Assembly: GCA_964566135.1 (NCBI GenBank)
Contig: CAZMHM010000001.1
Coordinates: forward strand, 5,829-69,828
DNA: 64,000 bases
Source of the DNA: an uncultured Candidatus Saccharibacteria bacterium
Lineage (GTDB): Bacteria > Patescibacteriota > Saccharimonadia > Saccharimonadales > CAIOMD01
Reading direction: 5' to 3'
The notes beneath the pieces were generated by a model that was not told where the DNA came from, made no database searches, and saw only the letters and a program-made list of their open reading frames with translations. Within the stretch, counting starts at the first letter, position 1; every line of letters starts with the position of its first letter. Below are positions 1-8,497 of the stretch, in pieces. The translations under genes and the position numbers were made by a program.

Positions 1-180
1 AGCCACTCTGTCATGGACGGTAGTCGGTGAATCAAGCTCTATCGCTGTAGCGGCCGTAAGTCCTACCGCGTACGCAGGCATTGCAGCGCTTGCAATGGTA
101 ATATCGAGGCTTCGCTTTGTTTTGGAATACAGGTATGGGTTGGAGGTGTGTACCATCAGGTAAGAGGATAATACAGCCAT
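1..180 (-). CDS. Partial CDS (N-terminus only, runs off the window): bacterial sugar-transferase-like protein
   Basis: Minus-strand ATG at 180-178. Translation MAVLSSYLMVHTSNPYLYSKTKRSLDITIASAAMPAYAVGL... shows the KRxxDI motif plus a hydrophobic helix typical of polyprenyl-phosphate glycosyl-1-P transferase N-termini. Too short to appear in the ORF track. Confidence 0.35.
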   Translation of the reverse strand, partial: MAVLSSYLMVHTSNPYLYSKTKRSLDITIASAAMPAYAVGLTAATAIELDSPTTVHDRVA

Positions 181-252
181 TGTTTTAGCGTTGCAATATA
201 CTTTTGTAATTAGGTAATAGCGACTACACAAAATCGGCGTATACTATATGCA

Positions 253-1407
253 ATGTCGGAGCAAAACAAACAAAGTTACGCTTTTGATTTTCCACCTATG
301 CCTGCGCTATCGGCTACTGAGAGTGCCGAAGTAAAAAAAGAGCGCAAATGGCCACGCCGGCTTGCGAAATCTATCTGTGCAGTTGCAATCGGGCTTGCAG
401 TCATAGCCCCACAAGTGCACAAAGTCGACACAATTGTTTCAGCGGAGCGGTACCAGCAAGACGAAGTTGAAATATTACTTGCTGCCGGAGCCGAAACGCT
501 TCCAAAGGGTGGCACAGAGTGGCTGGTGTTTGGAGGTTACGGCCAAAAGTACAGCACAAACGCCGCCCAAGAACTTTTTAATGCCTTAGGTAGCAAAGAA
601 GTAGTAGCCTCTGTTAAATACCCGAACCAAGGGTTTACGATCGACGAGCTAGCAACCTATGTACATGCATACATGAAACAGAGGGGTATGAGTAAGCTTA
701 ATGTTGCTGGGGTAAGTTTGGGTACGCCGACAGCGCTGATGACGCTTGGATATATCCAGGAGCATGCCAATAATCCATTAGCTCAGTATCAAGACATTGC
801 GTTTAGTCCACGTGGCCTTGCGCTCCGTAAACTACCAGAAATCGGCTATTTTATAGCGTATTCATCACCGGCAGATGTACAAGACGCATCACAAGGATAT
901 ATCGCCCAAACAATCGTCTCCAGAATCAAAGGCACAGGTTATGCGCCTGGTATGATTGATAAGTTAATTGTCTCTGGCTTTGATGGTGAGGGGGATGGTT
1001 TGAAATCGATAAATATACTAAACCCCGCCGAATGGCTGAAGCAACAACACAATAATTTAGAAGAAACGTTTAATGACACGCCAACGTTAATGGTTTTGTC
1101 ACAAATGGAAATTGCTGCCGAATTTAATGTGGATGAGCAATGGGAAAAATGGCGGTTAGTGCTTTCGCCTGATTCTTACTTTGGCTATTTTTATCCGTCA
1201 AAGGCCGACCCAACGGTTAATGATGCCGGTGCATACCGTAAATACGAAGTAGCACTCAAGCATTTAGATGTGCCAACAGCCTATGTGCCAACAGGCGAAC
1301 CGGGCCATGCCAATACTGTCGCAACCGCATCGGCGGCTAGTAAGTGGATTGCAATCGATACGGCAGCACTGCCAAGCATTGTGCTCAAACCACATGTCTC
1401 GAATTAA
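253..1407 (+). CDS. Hypothetical membrane-anchored protein, possible alpha/beta-hydrolase fold
   Basis: 384-aa ORF with an N-terminal TM helix (ICAVAIGLAVIAP) and a GVSLG nucleophile-elbow-like motif. No clearer family signature seen. Confidence 0.4.
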   Translation: MSEQNKQSYAFDFPPMPALSATESAEVKKERKWPRRLAKSICAVAIGLAVIAPQVHKVDTIVSAERYQQDEVEILLAAGAETLPKGGTEWLVFGGYGQKYSTNAAQELFNALGSKEVVASVKYPNQGFTIDELATYVHAYMKQRGMSKLNVAGVSLGTPTALMTLGYIQEHANNPLAQYQDIAFSPRGLALRKLPEIGYFIAYSSPADVQDASQGYIAQTIVSRIKGTGYAPGMIDKLIVSGFDGEGDGLKSINILNPAEWLKQQHNNLEETFNDTPTLMVLSQMEIAAEFNVDEQWEKWRLVLSPDSYFGYFYPSKADPTVNDAGAYRKYEVALKHLDVPTAYVPTGEPGHANTVATASAASKWIAIDTAALPSIVLKPHVSN

Positions 1408-1448
1408 AGCGCTATAATGTAAGTAACAAGGTGGTTAAGGAGGGTACT

Positions 1449-2363
1449 ATGGGGCGAAATATCATATTCGGGTATGGTAACGTAGGTCGGCTAATTGCAT
1501 CCGAGTTAGAAGCACGAGGCGAGGAAGTCGTACTAGCCCACCATAAGCAAATCCAAGTGCTGGGCACTGCTGTGGTGGTGGTTGACAGCCTAGACGCCGA
1601 ACAGGTGCGCCAGGCTGCGGTTGGGGCTGATAGACTTTTTATGACGATTGGCCTTGCATATAAGCTCAGTGTCTGGAAGCGAGATTGGCCAATTATCATC
1701 GATAACCTTATTGCTGCGGCGAAAGATAGTGGCGCTAAGATTGTATTCTTTGACAATATTTATTTGTATGGCCCATCGCCATTACAAAATCCTATTACCG
1801 AGCAACACCCTCGACAGACACCTTCCCAGAAAGGCGCCGTTCGCTTAGCACTCATACAAAAACTCGAAGCTGCTATGCAAGCGGGAGTGCAGGTACTAAT
1901 TGTGCGGGCGGCTGATTTTTACGGTCCAAATGTTAGTACGAGCGCCGTGACGATGGCAATTGCTGATATGGCGAATGGTAAAAAAGCCTATTATCTCGGC
2001 GATCCAACAAAGTTGCATAGTTTTACGTATGTTCCAGACGCGGCAAAGGGCGTTGTTGAACTAGCGCTTGCCGATGACACGTATGGCCAAAGTTGGCACC
2101 TACCAACTGTTTCGCCTATGACGGGCCAGGAATTCCTGCAACTCATTACCACAAAGCTCGGCAAAGGGAAGTGGACGGCGCTCAGTAAGGGTGGCGTTAA
2201 ATTTATGGGACTATTTGTGCCGATTTTGCGTGAACTACACGAAATGATGTATCAGTTTGAAAATGATTATGTCTTAGATGATTCGAAGTTTATGAACCGG
2301 TTTCCACATTTCGTTCGTACGGGCTACGAGCAAGGTATAGACGAAACAATTACGTCGCTTTAA
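1449..2363 (+). CDS. NAD(P)-dependent epimerase/dehydratase-family (extended SDR) protein
   Basis: ATG at 1449 is preceded by AAGGAGG. The N-terminus has a Rossmann glycine motif (IIFGYGNVGRLIA). The ORF-track start at 1344 would overlap the previous gene. Confidence 0.65.
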   Translation: MGRNIIFGYGNVGRLIASELEARGEEVVLAHHKQIQVLGTAVVVVDSLDAEQVRQAAVGADRLFMTIGLAYKLSVWKRDWPIIIDNLIAAAKDSGAKIVFFDNIYLYGPSPLQNPITEQHPRQTPSQKGAVRLALIQKLEAAMQAGVQVLIVRAADFYGPNVSTSAVTMAIADMANGKKAYYLGDPTKLHSFTYVPDAAKGVVELALADDTYGQSWHLPTVSPMTGQEFLQLITTKLGKGKWTALSKGGVKFMGLFVPILRELHEMMYQFENDYVLDDSKFMNRFPHFVRTGYEQGIDETITSL

Positions 2364-3046
2364 TTACTCTTTTTGTAGTGACGGTTGCCATATAAGTAGT
2401 ACTGCAAGCCTTGTTGAGTATTGGGCACGTTGTTGGTATCCGAAGTATCGGGCTCAGTAGTGCTTGTTGAAGAAGGCGCTTCGGTAGAGTTTACGGCGTT
2501 TGAAGGAGTATTAGGATCCGAATCGGCTGCCTGGTTACCCATTGATGGCGAGGTTTCAGTACTTGTTGCTGGGGCGGTTGATGTCTCAGAAGGTATTGCT
2601 TGCTTTTCTGCCATAAGTGCATCGGCTTTTGCCTGAATCGATTTATATGCAGAGGGGCCGAAGGTAACAACAAAAATTGCCAGGGGCACTGCCAGGATAT
2701 ACCAAAGTAAAAAGCTCCAACTCGCTTCTTCGGGCACAGGTTTTGCTTTTGGCGTGTGGGTTGTTTTGGGCCACGGCGAAGTCGCGTGTGTTTGGTACGT
2801 ATGAGCAGTTCGTATTGGCGCAGTTTTTGGCTGTGGGGGTGCCGGCGGAGTGTAGTCCATTCGCTTTAATGGATCCGAAAGAACAGTGTAGGCTTCGTTA
2901 ATTAATGCCATGCGCGTGCCATCGCCACCGTTTGCATCGGGGTGATGAACTTTACTCAGGGCTCGATAGTGCTGCTTAATTTCGCTAGAAGTAGCTCCTG
3001 GCGTAACCCCAAGTACCTTGTAGTAGTTAACCTCTGATTTTCGCAT
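2360..3046 (-). CDS. J-domain (DnaJ-like) membrane protein with a Ser/Thr/Pro-rich tail
   Basis: The N-terminus YYKVLGVTPGATSSEIKQHYRALSKVHHPD...INEAYTVLSDPLKR is a canonical J domain with HPD. It is followed by one TM helix and a low-complexity tail. Confidence 0.75.
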   Translation of the reverse strand: MRKSEVNYYKVLGVTPGATSSEIKQHYRALSKVHHPDANGGDGTRMALINEAYTVLSDPLKRMDYTPPAPPQPKTAPIRTAHTYQTHATSPWPKTTHTPKAKPVPEEASWSFLLWYILAVPLAIFVVTFGPSAYKSIQAKADALMAEKQAIPSETSTAPATSTETSPSMGNQAADSDPNTPSNAVNSTEAPSSTSTTEPDTSDTNNVPNTQQGLQYYLYGNRHYKKSN

Positions 3047-3185
3047 CAGCTTATAGTATACCGCGAAAATATGAGTAAGCTGTGAGCGACAGGGGTGACA
3101 ATCTGCTTGACAAGTGGGTAGCTGGTAACTGTTTAAGGGCGCAGTAGCGCCAAATAATATGTACCGGCTTTTCCGATGTCAAAAA

Positions 3186-3917
3186 TTATATGCCGCTTAC
3201 GTTGAATAATTGGCCAATACCGTATGTTACTGCCATTGCAATCGCACCACCCAAAACAACTCTGATTGTTGCTTTTTTGGCTGACGAACCGCCCACTTTA
3301 GCGCTAACCATGCCTGTAAGGGCAAGCGCGAGTAGTACAGAAACAAACGTAACTGGTACTCGTAGATTTTCGGGAGGTAGCAAGATTGCCGCCATAGGGA
3401 TAATTGCACCAGCAGTAAATGCTGCCGCTGACGCAAACGCGGCATGCCATGGGTTTGTGAGGTCGTCTGGATCGATACCAAGTTCTGCATCGACATGCGC
3501 TGCAAACGCGTCATGCGCCGTTAGTTCTTTTGCAACTTGCTCTGCCGTAGCGCGTTTGAGCCCTTTGCCCTGATAAATTGCAGTTAGCTCAGCCAACTCT
3601 TCTTTGGGCATGTTTTCTAGCTCCCATTTTTCTTTTGCGAGTAGTGCCTTTTCAGTATCGCGCTGGGTACTAACAGATACATACTCACCGGCAGCCATAG
3701 AAAGCGCGCCAGCCAACACGCCTGCCAAGCCCGCCACTAAAATTGCGTTTTTTGATGTCGTTGCACCGGCCACGCCAACTACCAAACCAGAAATTGAGAC
3801 GATGCCGTCGTTGGCGCCTAAAACCGATGCGCGTAGCCAGTTAAGTTTTGAACCCGAAGCGCTATCGTGCGGTTCGCCACCGCTGTGATGTGCTGTACTG
3901 TGTGAAACTCGTGCCAT
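3186..3917 (-). CDS. VIT1/CCC1-family iron/manganese transporter
   Basis: Motifs GANDGIVS and AGEYVSVSTQRD, plus a C-terminal block of TM helices, are typical of the VIT family. Confidence 0.8.
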   Translation of the reverse strand: MARVSHSTAHHSGGEPHDSASGSKLNWLRASVLGANDGIVSISGLVVGVAGATTSKNAILVAGLAGVLAGALSMAAGEYVSVSTQRDTEKALLAKEKWELENMPKEELAELTAIYQGKGLKRATAEQVAKELTAHDAFAAHVDAELGIDPDDLTNPWHAAFASAAAFTAGAIIPMAAILLPPENLRVPVTFVSVLLALALTGMVSAKVGGSSAKKATIRVVLGGAIAMAVTYGIGQLFNVSGI

Positions 3918-3973
3918 ATTTACTCCTCAATATAATTGTACGCTTATAGCGCAAACCTATATATAATGCAGTC

Positions 3974-4366
3974 ATGGATTATCAAACATGGTATCGGATG
4001 TTAGCGAAACCAGTCTGGGCACCCGCCGAATGGGTCTTTGGCGCAGTATGGTCGGTGCTATATCCGCTTATCATTGGCATTAATATCTACATCATTGTTT
4101 TGCTTGTAAAAGGCAAGATAGGTTGGCTCATTGCATTACCGTTTTGGCTCAATTTAGTATTTAATGCTATCTTTACGCCGATTCAATTTGGGCTACGCAA
4201 TAACGCTTTGGCATTGGTAGACATTGTTCTAGTTTTAGCAACAATCATTTGGGCGATGATTGCGATTTGGCCATATGCTCGCATCGCATTCTATGCTTTT
4301 ATCCCCTATGCAATTTGGGTCAGCATCGCTACGGCGCTACAAATCTATATAACTACTCATAACTAA
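3974..4366 (+). CDS. TspO/MBR-family (tryptophan-rich sensory protein-like) membrane protein
   Basis: 130-aa Trp-rich multi-TM protein. The N-terminus WYRMLAKPVWAPAEWVFGAVWSVLYP resembles the TspO signature. Confidence 0.6.
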   Translation: MDYQTWYRMLAKPVWAPAEWVFGAVWSVLYPLIIGINIYIIVLLVKGKIGWLIALPFWLNLVFNAIFTPIQFGLRNNALALVDIVLVLATIIWAMIAIWPYARIAFYAFIPYAIWVSIATALQIYITTHN

Positions 4367-4372
4367 ACCTAG

Positions 4373-5020
4373 TTATGGCCCGGTAGTAGTACAACGGTCA
4401 AGCGAAGAGTTATTACGCAATCCTGCGTGCATAACCACGACATAGATATTCGTTTGGTCTAATAACTTTTTTGCTTTTGCGACACTAATACCAATATCAC
4501 AATATTTGGCGTTTAGGATAACGGCTTTATGCTCGGGGCTATTCATCCATGCTTCGACAACATCATGCTCGTTATTGTAGTTGCCTCTTGCGAGGTTCTC
4601 GCCGGCAGTTTGGTAGTTGTAGTGTGCGCTTGTAATAAAATTCCAAGGCGTCAGTCCGCTCGGGGAGTTGTGTGCAAAATAATCAACAGTAATCATATCG
4701 TTAAGCTTTGCTTGCGAGCTTTCAGTTAGTTCGGTGCTGTGCCGCAGTTGGCTTAAACCTAATTTTGCGCGCTCATCATTCACGTATTGCTCAATAAAGT
4801 AGGGGTTAAGTTTTTCGTTTGGCAAAACACGTTCTTGAATTTCTTCTTGTAACTGTTTGACCATATCAATCGGGGTTGCCTCGAACCCAGTCGCGGTTTT
4901 AGGGTTCAAATTAAAAAGCTCATATTTAAAACGTGCAAGATACATTGCCATAAATGAGAGTGCTAAGATTACGATTACTGCAAGTGCCATCTGCAGTATT
5001 TTTACGTATGATTTACGCAT
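4373..5020 (-). CDS. CAP/SCP (PR-1-like) domain protein, membrane-anchored
   Basis: HNSPSG...GENLARG...AWMNSPEHKAVILNAKYCDIGISV matches the CAP-domain core. An N-terminal TM helix is present. Confidence 0.7.
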   Translation of the reverse strand: MRKSYVKILQMALAVIVILALSFMAMYLARFKYELFNLNPKTATGFEATPIDMVKQLQEEIQERVLPNEKLNPYFIEQYVNDERAKLGLSQLRHSTELTESSQAKLNDMITVDYFAHNSPSGLTPWNFITSAHYNYQTAGENLARGNYNNEHDVVEAWMNSPEHKAVILNAKYCDIGISVAKAKKLLDQTNIYVVVMHAGLRNNSSLDRCTTTGP

Positions 5021-5065
5021 AAAACTGACTCAAATATAGCACGGAATAAGGATAAGCTACATGTA

Positions 5066-5094
5066 TTGACAACTAATTTTGGCAAGCATATAGT
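5066..5094 (+). promoter_or_regulatory. Sigma70-like promoter, TTGACA-17 nt-TATAGT
   Basis: TTGACA at 5066-5071 and TATAGT at 5089-5094 with a 17-nt spacer, read directly from the sequence. Confidence 0.45.
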
Positions 5095-5099
5095 AAATA

Positions 5100-5190
5100 G
5101 TAGCCACTGTGAGGTGGCTCGTAACCAAACCCTGAGCAATCAGAAGAGGTTACCCCAAAAAGAGAGCCGATTGCCGGCTCTCTTTTTATT
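5100..5190 (+). ncRNA. Short promoter-to-terminator transcript, or terminator-type 5' leader of the 5231 CDS
   Basis: Three hairpins: GCCAC/GTGGC (~5103-5119), GTAACC/GGTTAC (~5121-5153) and an intrinsic terminator AGAGAGCCG-attgc-CGGCTCTCT (5161-5183) followed by a T-run. No ORF. Confidence 0.4.
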
Positions 5191-5230
5191 TTAGTGATAC
5201 CATGACTGTATAAGGAAAGAGGAGAACTAT

Positions 5231-5845
5231 ATGAGCCAAGAAGTAATTAATATGAAACCAAACTCAAAAAAATCCCATACCTTGTTATTTGTTTCAGTAT
5301 TGCTTGTCGTGATTGCTACTGCGCTAGGTGCGTATATGTGGCGAACCAACCAGGCAAATAAGCAACGCGAGCAAGATCAGAAGACAATCAGTCAGTTGCA
5401 GACGCAGCTCGACGCCATCAAGCAACAATCTAATACCCAAGCGGCAACTACTACCACTACTGCAAAAGCTTCATCTGTGCAGCCATCACTAGCGGTGCTT
5501 GATAACATCAAAGCTGCGTTGAGCTCTAAGAATACTGCTGCGCTAGAGGGGTATATGGCGCCGAAAGTAATGGTTGTATATGCAGCATCTGAGGCAGCGG
5601 GTGAAAAATCGCCAGCCGAGGCTGTCACCGCCCTTAATTATGTGAATTCGGGTGCTGTTGGCCCGTGGGACTTCAATCTTAGCAGTACTGTTATAGGTAA
5701 ATATAGTTCAGGTGATTATAAAACCTACTTTTCGCCAACAACGTTAGTAGGTCGAGCCAGCAATGGCTTTGTAGTGGCCGTTAACTTTAACGGTGACGGC
5801 AAGATTAACGGCATCTTTGTGTCTGCAAGCGATACGCTTTTATAG
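5231..5845 (+). CDS. Hypothetical membrane-anchored or secreted protein
   Basis: 204-aa ORF with a GAGGAG ribosome-binding site, an N-terminal TM helix and a Gln-rich coiled segment. No recognisable family. Confidence 0.5.
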   Translation: MSQEVINMKPNSKKSHTLLFVSVLLVVIATALGAYMWRTNQANKQREQDQKTISQLQTQLDAIKQQSNTQAATTTTTAKASSVQPSLAVLDNIKAALSSKNTAALEGYMAPKVMVVYAASEAAGEKSPAEAVTALNYVNSGAVGPWDFNLSSTVIGKYSSGDYKTYFSPTTLVGRASNGFVVAVNFNGDGKINGIFVSASDTLL

Positions 5846-7288
5846 CTACCAACTAGCGGGCACTGGTAGGCCTTCGCTATAACCAGAAGCTGTCTGTATG
5901 CCTACTACGGCTTTATCTTGGAACTCGGCTATCGTACGTGCGCCAGAATAGGTCATACTGCTACGCAAGCCTGCCACGATATGGTCAATGATATCCTCCA
6001 CACCCGGCATCTGAGGGTTAAGGTAAAGGCGTGATGCGCTAATACCTTCCTCGAATAATTCTTTCTTTGCTCTTTCATACGCGGTACCCTGTTCGTTCCG
6101 GCCACGCACCGCACGTCGGCTTGCCATGCCGTAGTTTTCTTTATATAACCGCCCATCAGCATCTTGCAAGATGTCAGCAGCGCTTTCGTATGTGCCTGCA
6201 AACCAGCTACCAAACATAACATTGCTTGCGCCGGCAGCGAGTGCTAACGCAACATCACGGGGGTGTCTGATACCGCCATCTGCCCATACTTGGGCGCCGA
6301 ATTTTTTGGCTTCGGCGGCGCACTCAAGCACAGCACTAAATTGTGGTCTGCCAACACCTGTCATCATACGTGTGGTGCACATGGCACCAGGGCCAATGCC
6401 TACCTTAACAATATTTGCACCCGCTGCAATTAAATCCTTAGTAGCGCTTGCGGTTGCAACGTTACCTGCAACAATAATTACTTCCTTACCAACTGCAGTT
6501 CGAACTTTTTTAATAGCATCTATCATTTTTTGCTGGTGACCATGGGCAGTGTCTATAACTAAGATATCTGCACCTATTTCGAGCAGCGTTTTTGCGCGTT
6601 CTGCCGGGTCACCGTTTATACCAATTGCAGCGGCTACTAATAGCCTGCCTTGCGAATCAGTTGCGGGCTTATACAGGTCACTTCTGAGTGTGCCTTTTTG
6701 AGTTAGTACGCCAACCAGAGCTCCGTTTTTATCAACAACTGGTGCCATAAATAAACGTGCTTCCTCAAGCTTTGCAAATGCCTCGGCAGTGCTAATAGAG
6801 GCTGGCAGGGTGTATACGTTTTGAGACATTACTTTATTGAGCCGCGTAAACCTATCAAGTCCGTCTGCGTCTTTCTCTGTAAAGATTCCAATTGGTTTGT
6901 TGGCTTCGTCAGTAATAATAACCGCCTTATGCGAGCGCTTATGAATTAAATCAATTGCTTTAGCGATGTTGTCATCTGGCGAAAGTGTCACCGGTGTTTC
7001 ATAAACAGTGTGAGCAGATTTAATATATTCGATATTCTTGATAACTTCGTCGGTTGGGTCATCTTGCGGTAGCACGACAATGCCGCCTCGACGCGCCACT
7101 GTTTCTGACATTCGCCTGCCAGCGACAGCGTTCATATTCGCTACCACAATAGGAATATGTGTACCAATAGAGTCTGGCGTCGTTAAATCAACGTCAAATC
7201 GCGAAGTAATGTCACTAAATTGGGGCACCATAAAAACGTCGTTATACGTTAAGTTGTATCCAGGTACCACGTGTTCTAAGAATTTCAT
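5846..7288 (-). CDS. guaB1: GuaB1-family IMP dehydrogenase-related protein (probable GMP reductase type)
   Basis: The N-terminus MKFLEHVVPGYNLTYNDVFMVPQFSDITSRFDVDLTT...VVANMNAVAGRRMSETVARRGGIVVLPQD closely parallels mycobacterial GuaB1. CBS region and catalytic GIGPGAMCTTR loop are present. Start moved to the ATG at 7288. Confidence 0.75.
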   Translation of the reverse strand: MKFLEHVVPGYNLTYNDVFMVPQFSDITSRFDVDLTTPDSIGTHIPIVVANMNAVAGRRMSETVARRGGIVVLPQDDPTDEVIKNIEYIKSAHTVYETPVTLSPDDNIAKAIDLIHKRSHKAVIITDEANKPIGIFTEKDADGLDRFTRLNKVMSQNVYTLPASISTAEAFAKLEEARLFMAPVVDKNGALVGVLTQKGTLRSDLYKPATDSQGRLLVAAAIGINGDPAERAKTLLEIGADILVIDTAHGHQQKMIDAIKKVRTAVGKEVIIVAGNVATASATKDLIAAGANIVKVGIGPGAMCTTRMMTGVGRPQFSAVLECAAEAKKFGAQVWADGGIRHPRDVALALAAGASNVMFGSWFAGTYESAADILQDADGRLYKENYGMASRRAVRGRNEQGTAYERAKKELFEEGISASRLYLNPQMPGVEDIIDHIVAGLRSSMTYSGARTIAEFQDKAVVGIQTASGYSEGLPVPASW

Positions 7289-7323
7289 ACGCTGTAAAGT
7301 ATACGCCATAAATAATTGTACGC

Positions 7324-7470
7324 AATAAAATAGAGCCGAGAGGGCTCCCGGCTCTATACGCAATCTCAGCATGATGGTTTACGGCTTGTAGGTTTCGGTG
7401 CACCTGTTGGTGTACACCGCATGTAGTTTCATTTACACCCCCTTTGCGCTTAGCCACATGTGCGGTCTGT
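7324..7470 (-). promoter_or_regulatory. Structured leader with an intrinsic terminator upstream of guaB1 (candidate riboswitch/attenuator or small RNA)
   Basis: On the minus strand there are hairpins including CGGTG(TA)CACC-aaca-GGTGCACCG (plus coordinates 7397-7420). The terminator TAGAGCCG...CGGCTCTA (7331-7356) is followed by TTTTATT, and the element ends about 35 nt before the guaB1 ATG. Confidence 0.4.
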
Positions 7471-7543
7471 GGTTACTATTTGAAACGAGTCTACTAACCA
7501 AACGTTACAAACTTCGCGTACAATAGATGTATAGGAGATTTTT

Positions 7544-7774
7544 ATGGAAGATGAACAAGCAGTTAACTTTACTGTTGATCCAAACAAGACACCGGTATAT
7601 TCGGTAGATACATATTTAATTGGTTCAAACGAGCACACCGTTACCTTTAATTTTGCGCAAACGATTGTAGGTAGCGGTCAGCAAAACATTGTGGCGCGAG
7701 TCTCACTTACCAATAAGCAGGCCAAAGACTTTTTAAAGAATTTGAACGATCATATCGAAAAATTCGAAGTCTAA
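7544..7774 (+). CDS. DUF3467-like small protein
   Basis: VYSVDTYLIGSNEHTVTFNFAQ...ARVSLTNKQAKDFLKNLNDHIEKFE fits the DUF3467 pattern. A GGAG ribosome-binding site lies upstream. Confidence 0.5.
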   Translation: MEDEQAVNFTVDPNKTPVYSVDTYLIGSNEHTVTFNFAQTIVGSGQQNIVARVSLTNKQAKDFLKNLNDHIEKFEV

Positions 7775-7815
7775 CACTTTTTGCGTGTACAATTATTGAT
7801 AGTAAATAAGGAGAA

Positions 7816-8232
7816 GTGATGAGAGGACCAATCGATTATATTATTGTAGGCTCTGATGGCCTTAAATTTGATGGCAGCATTTTACGCGCCCTAGAAGCGC
7901 CAATTAATAGTGGGGTAATTGCACTTGTCGCGTTATCTGCAATTAACAAAGATGCCGACGGTAATGTTACGACGCTTGATATTGCAGGCTCCGGCGACGA
8001 ATATCTAATTGAATTTACACAGAAATACGTGCTCGATTCTGATGCAGTTACGCAAGAAGATATTGACGAAGTTTCGGAATTGCTAGAACCAAATACAGCA
8101 GCAGGATTCTTAGTAATCGAGCAGCTGTGGGCAAAGCCACTTAAGAAAGCATTACTTGATGTTAACGCATTTATTATTGCCGAGGGTCGTATCCACCCAG
8201 ACGCAGTAGCAGAACTTAGCGAGGAGGTCTAA
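7816..8232 (+). CDS. DUF1269/DUF6325-like protein
   Basis: GPIDYIIVGSDGLKFDGSILRALEAPINSGVIALVALSAINKDADGNV resembles the family that is usually paired with a SHOCT protein. Confidence 0.45.
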   Translation: MMRGPIDYIIVGSDGLKFDGSILRALEAPINSGVIALVALSAINKDADGNVTTLDIAGSGDEYLIEFTQKYVLDSDAVTQEDIDEVSELLEPNTAAGFLVIEQLWAKPLKKALLDVNAFIIAEGRIHPDAVAELSEEV

Positions 8233-8233
8233 C

Positions 8234-8497
8234 ATGCCAGGATTATTACGCGGAATGGCACGCACAGCAGTTATAGCTGGTACCGCGACTGCAGTATCAA
8301 ACAATGTCAGTCGTCGACAGGCGCAACGCTGGAATGCGCAGGCAGAAGAGCAAGCACCTGTACAACAAGCTGCACCTGTTGCAGATGACACGAATACGCA
8401 AATTGCTGAACTACAGCAACTTGCGCAACTAAAAGATCAGGGCATTCTTACACAAGAAGAGTTCGATGCCAAAAAGAAGCAAATCCTAGGGCTATAG
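8234..8497 (+). CDS. SHOCT-domain protein
   Basis: The C-terminus LQQLAQLKDQGILTQEEFDAKKKQILG is a SHOCT motif. The start lies 2 nt after the preceding stop. Confidence 0.7.
   Translation: MPGLLRGMARTAVIAGTATAVSNNVSRRQAQRWNAQAEEQAPVQQAAPVADDTNTQIAELQQLAQLKDQGILTQEEFDAKKKQILGL

Noticed and set aside
7360-7420. Guanine/purine riboswitch upstream of guaB1
   Set aside because: Only the short CUAC...CCGUAAA resemblance is present. The sequences flanking CCGUAAA cannot form P3, and the upstream hairpin loop does not resemble L2.
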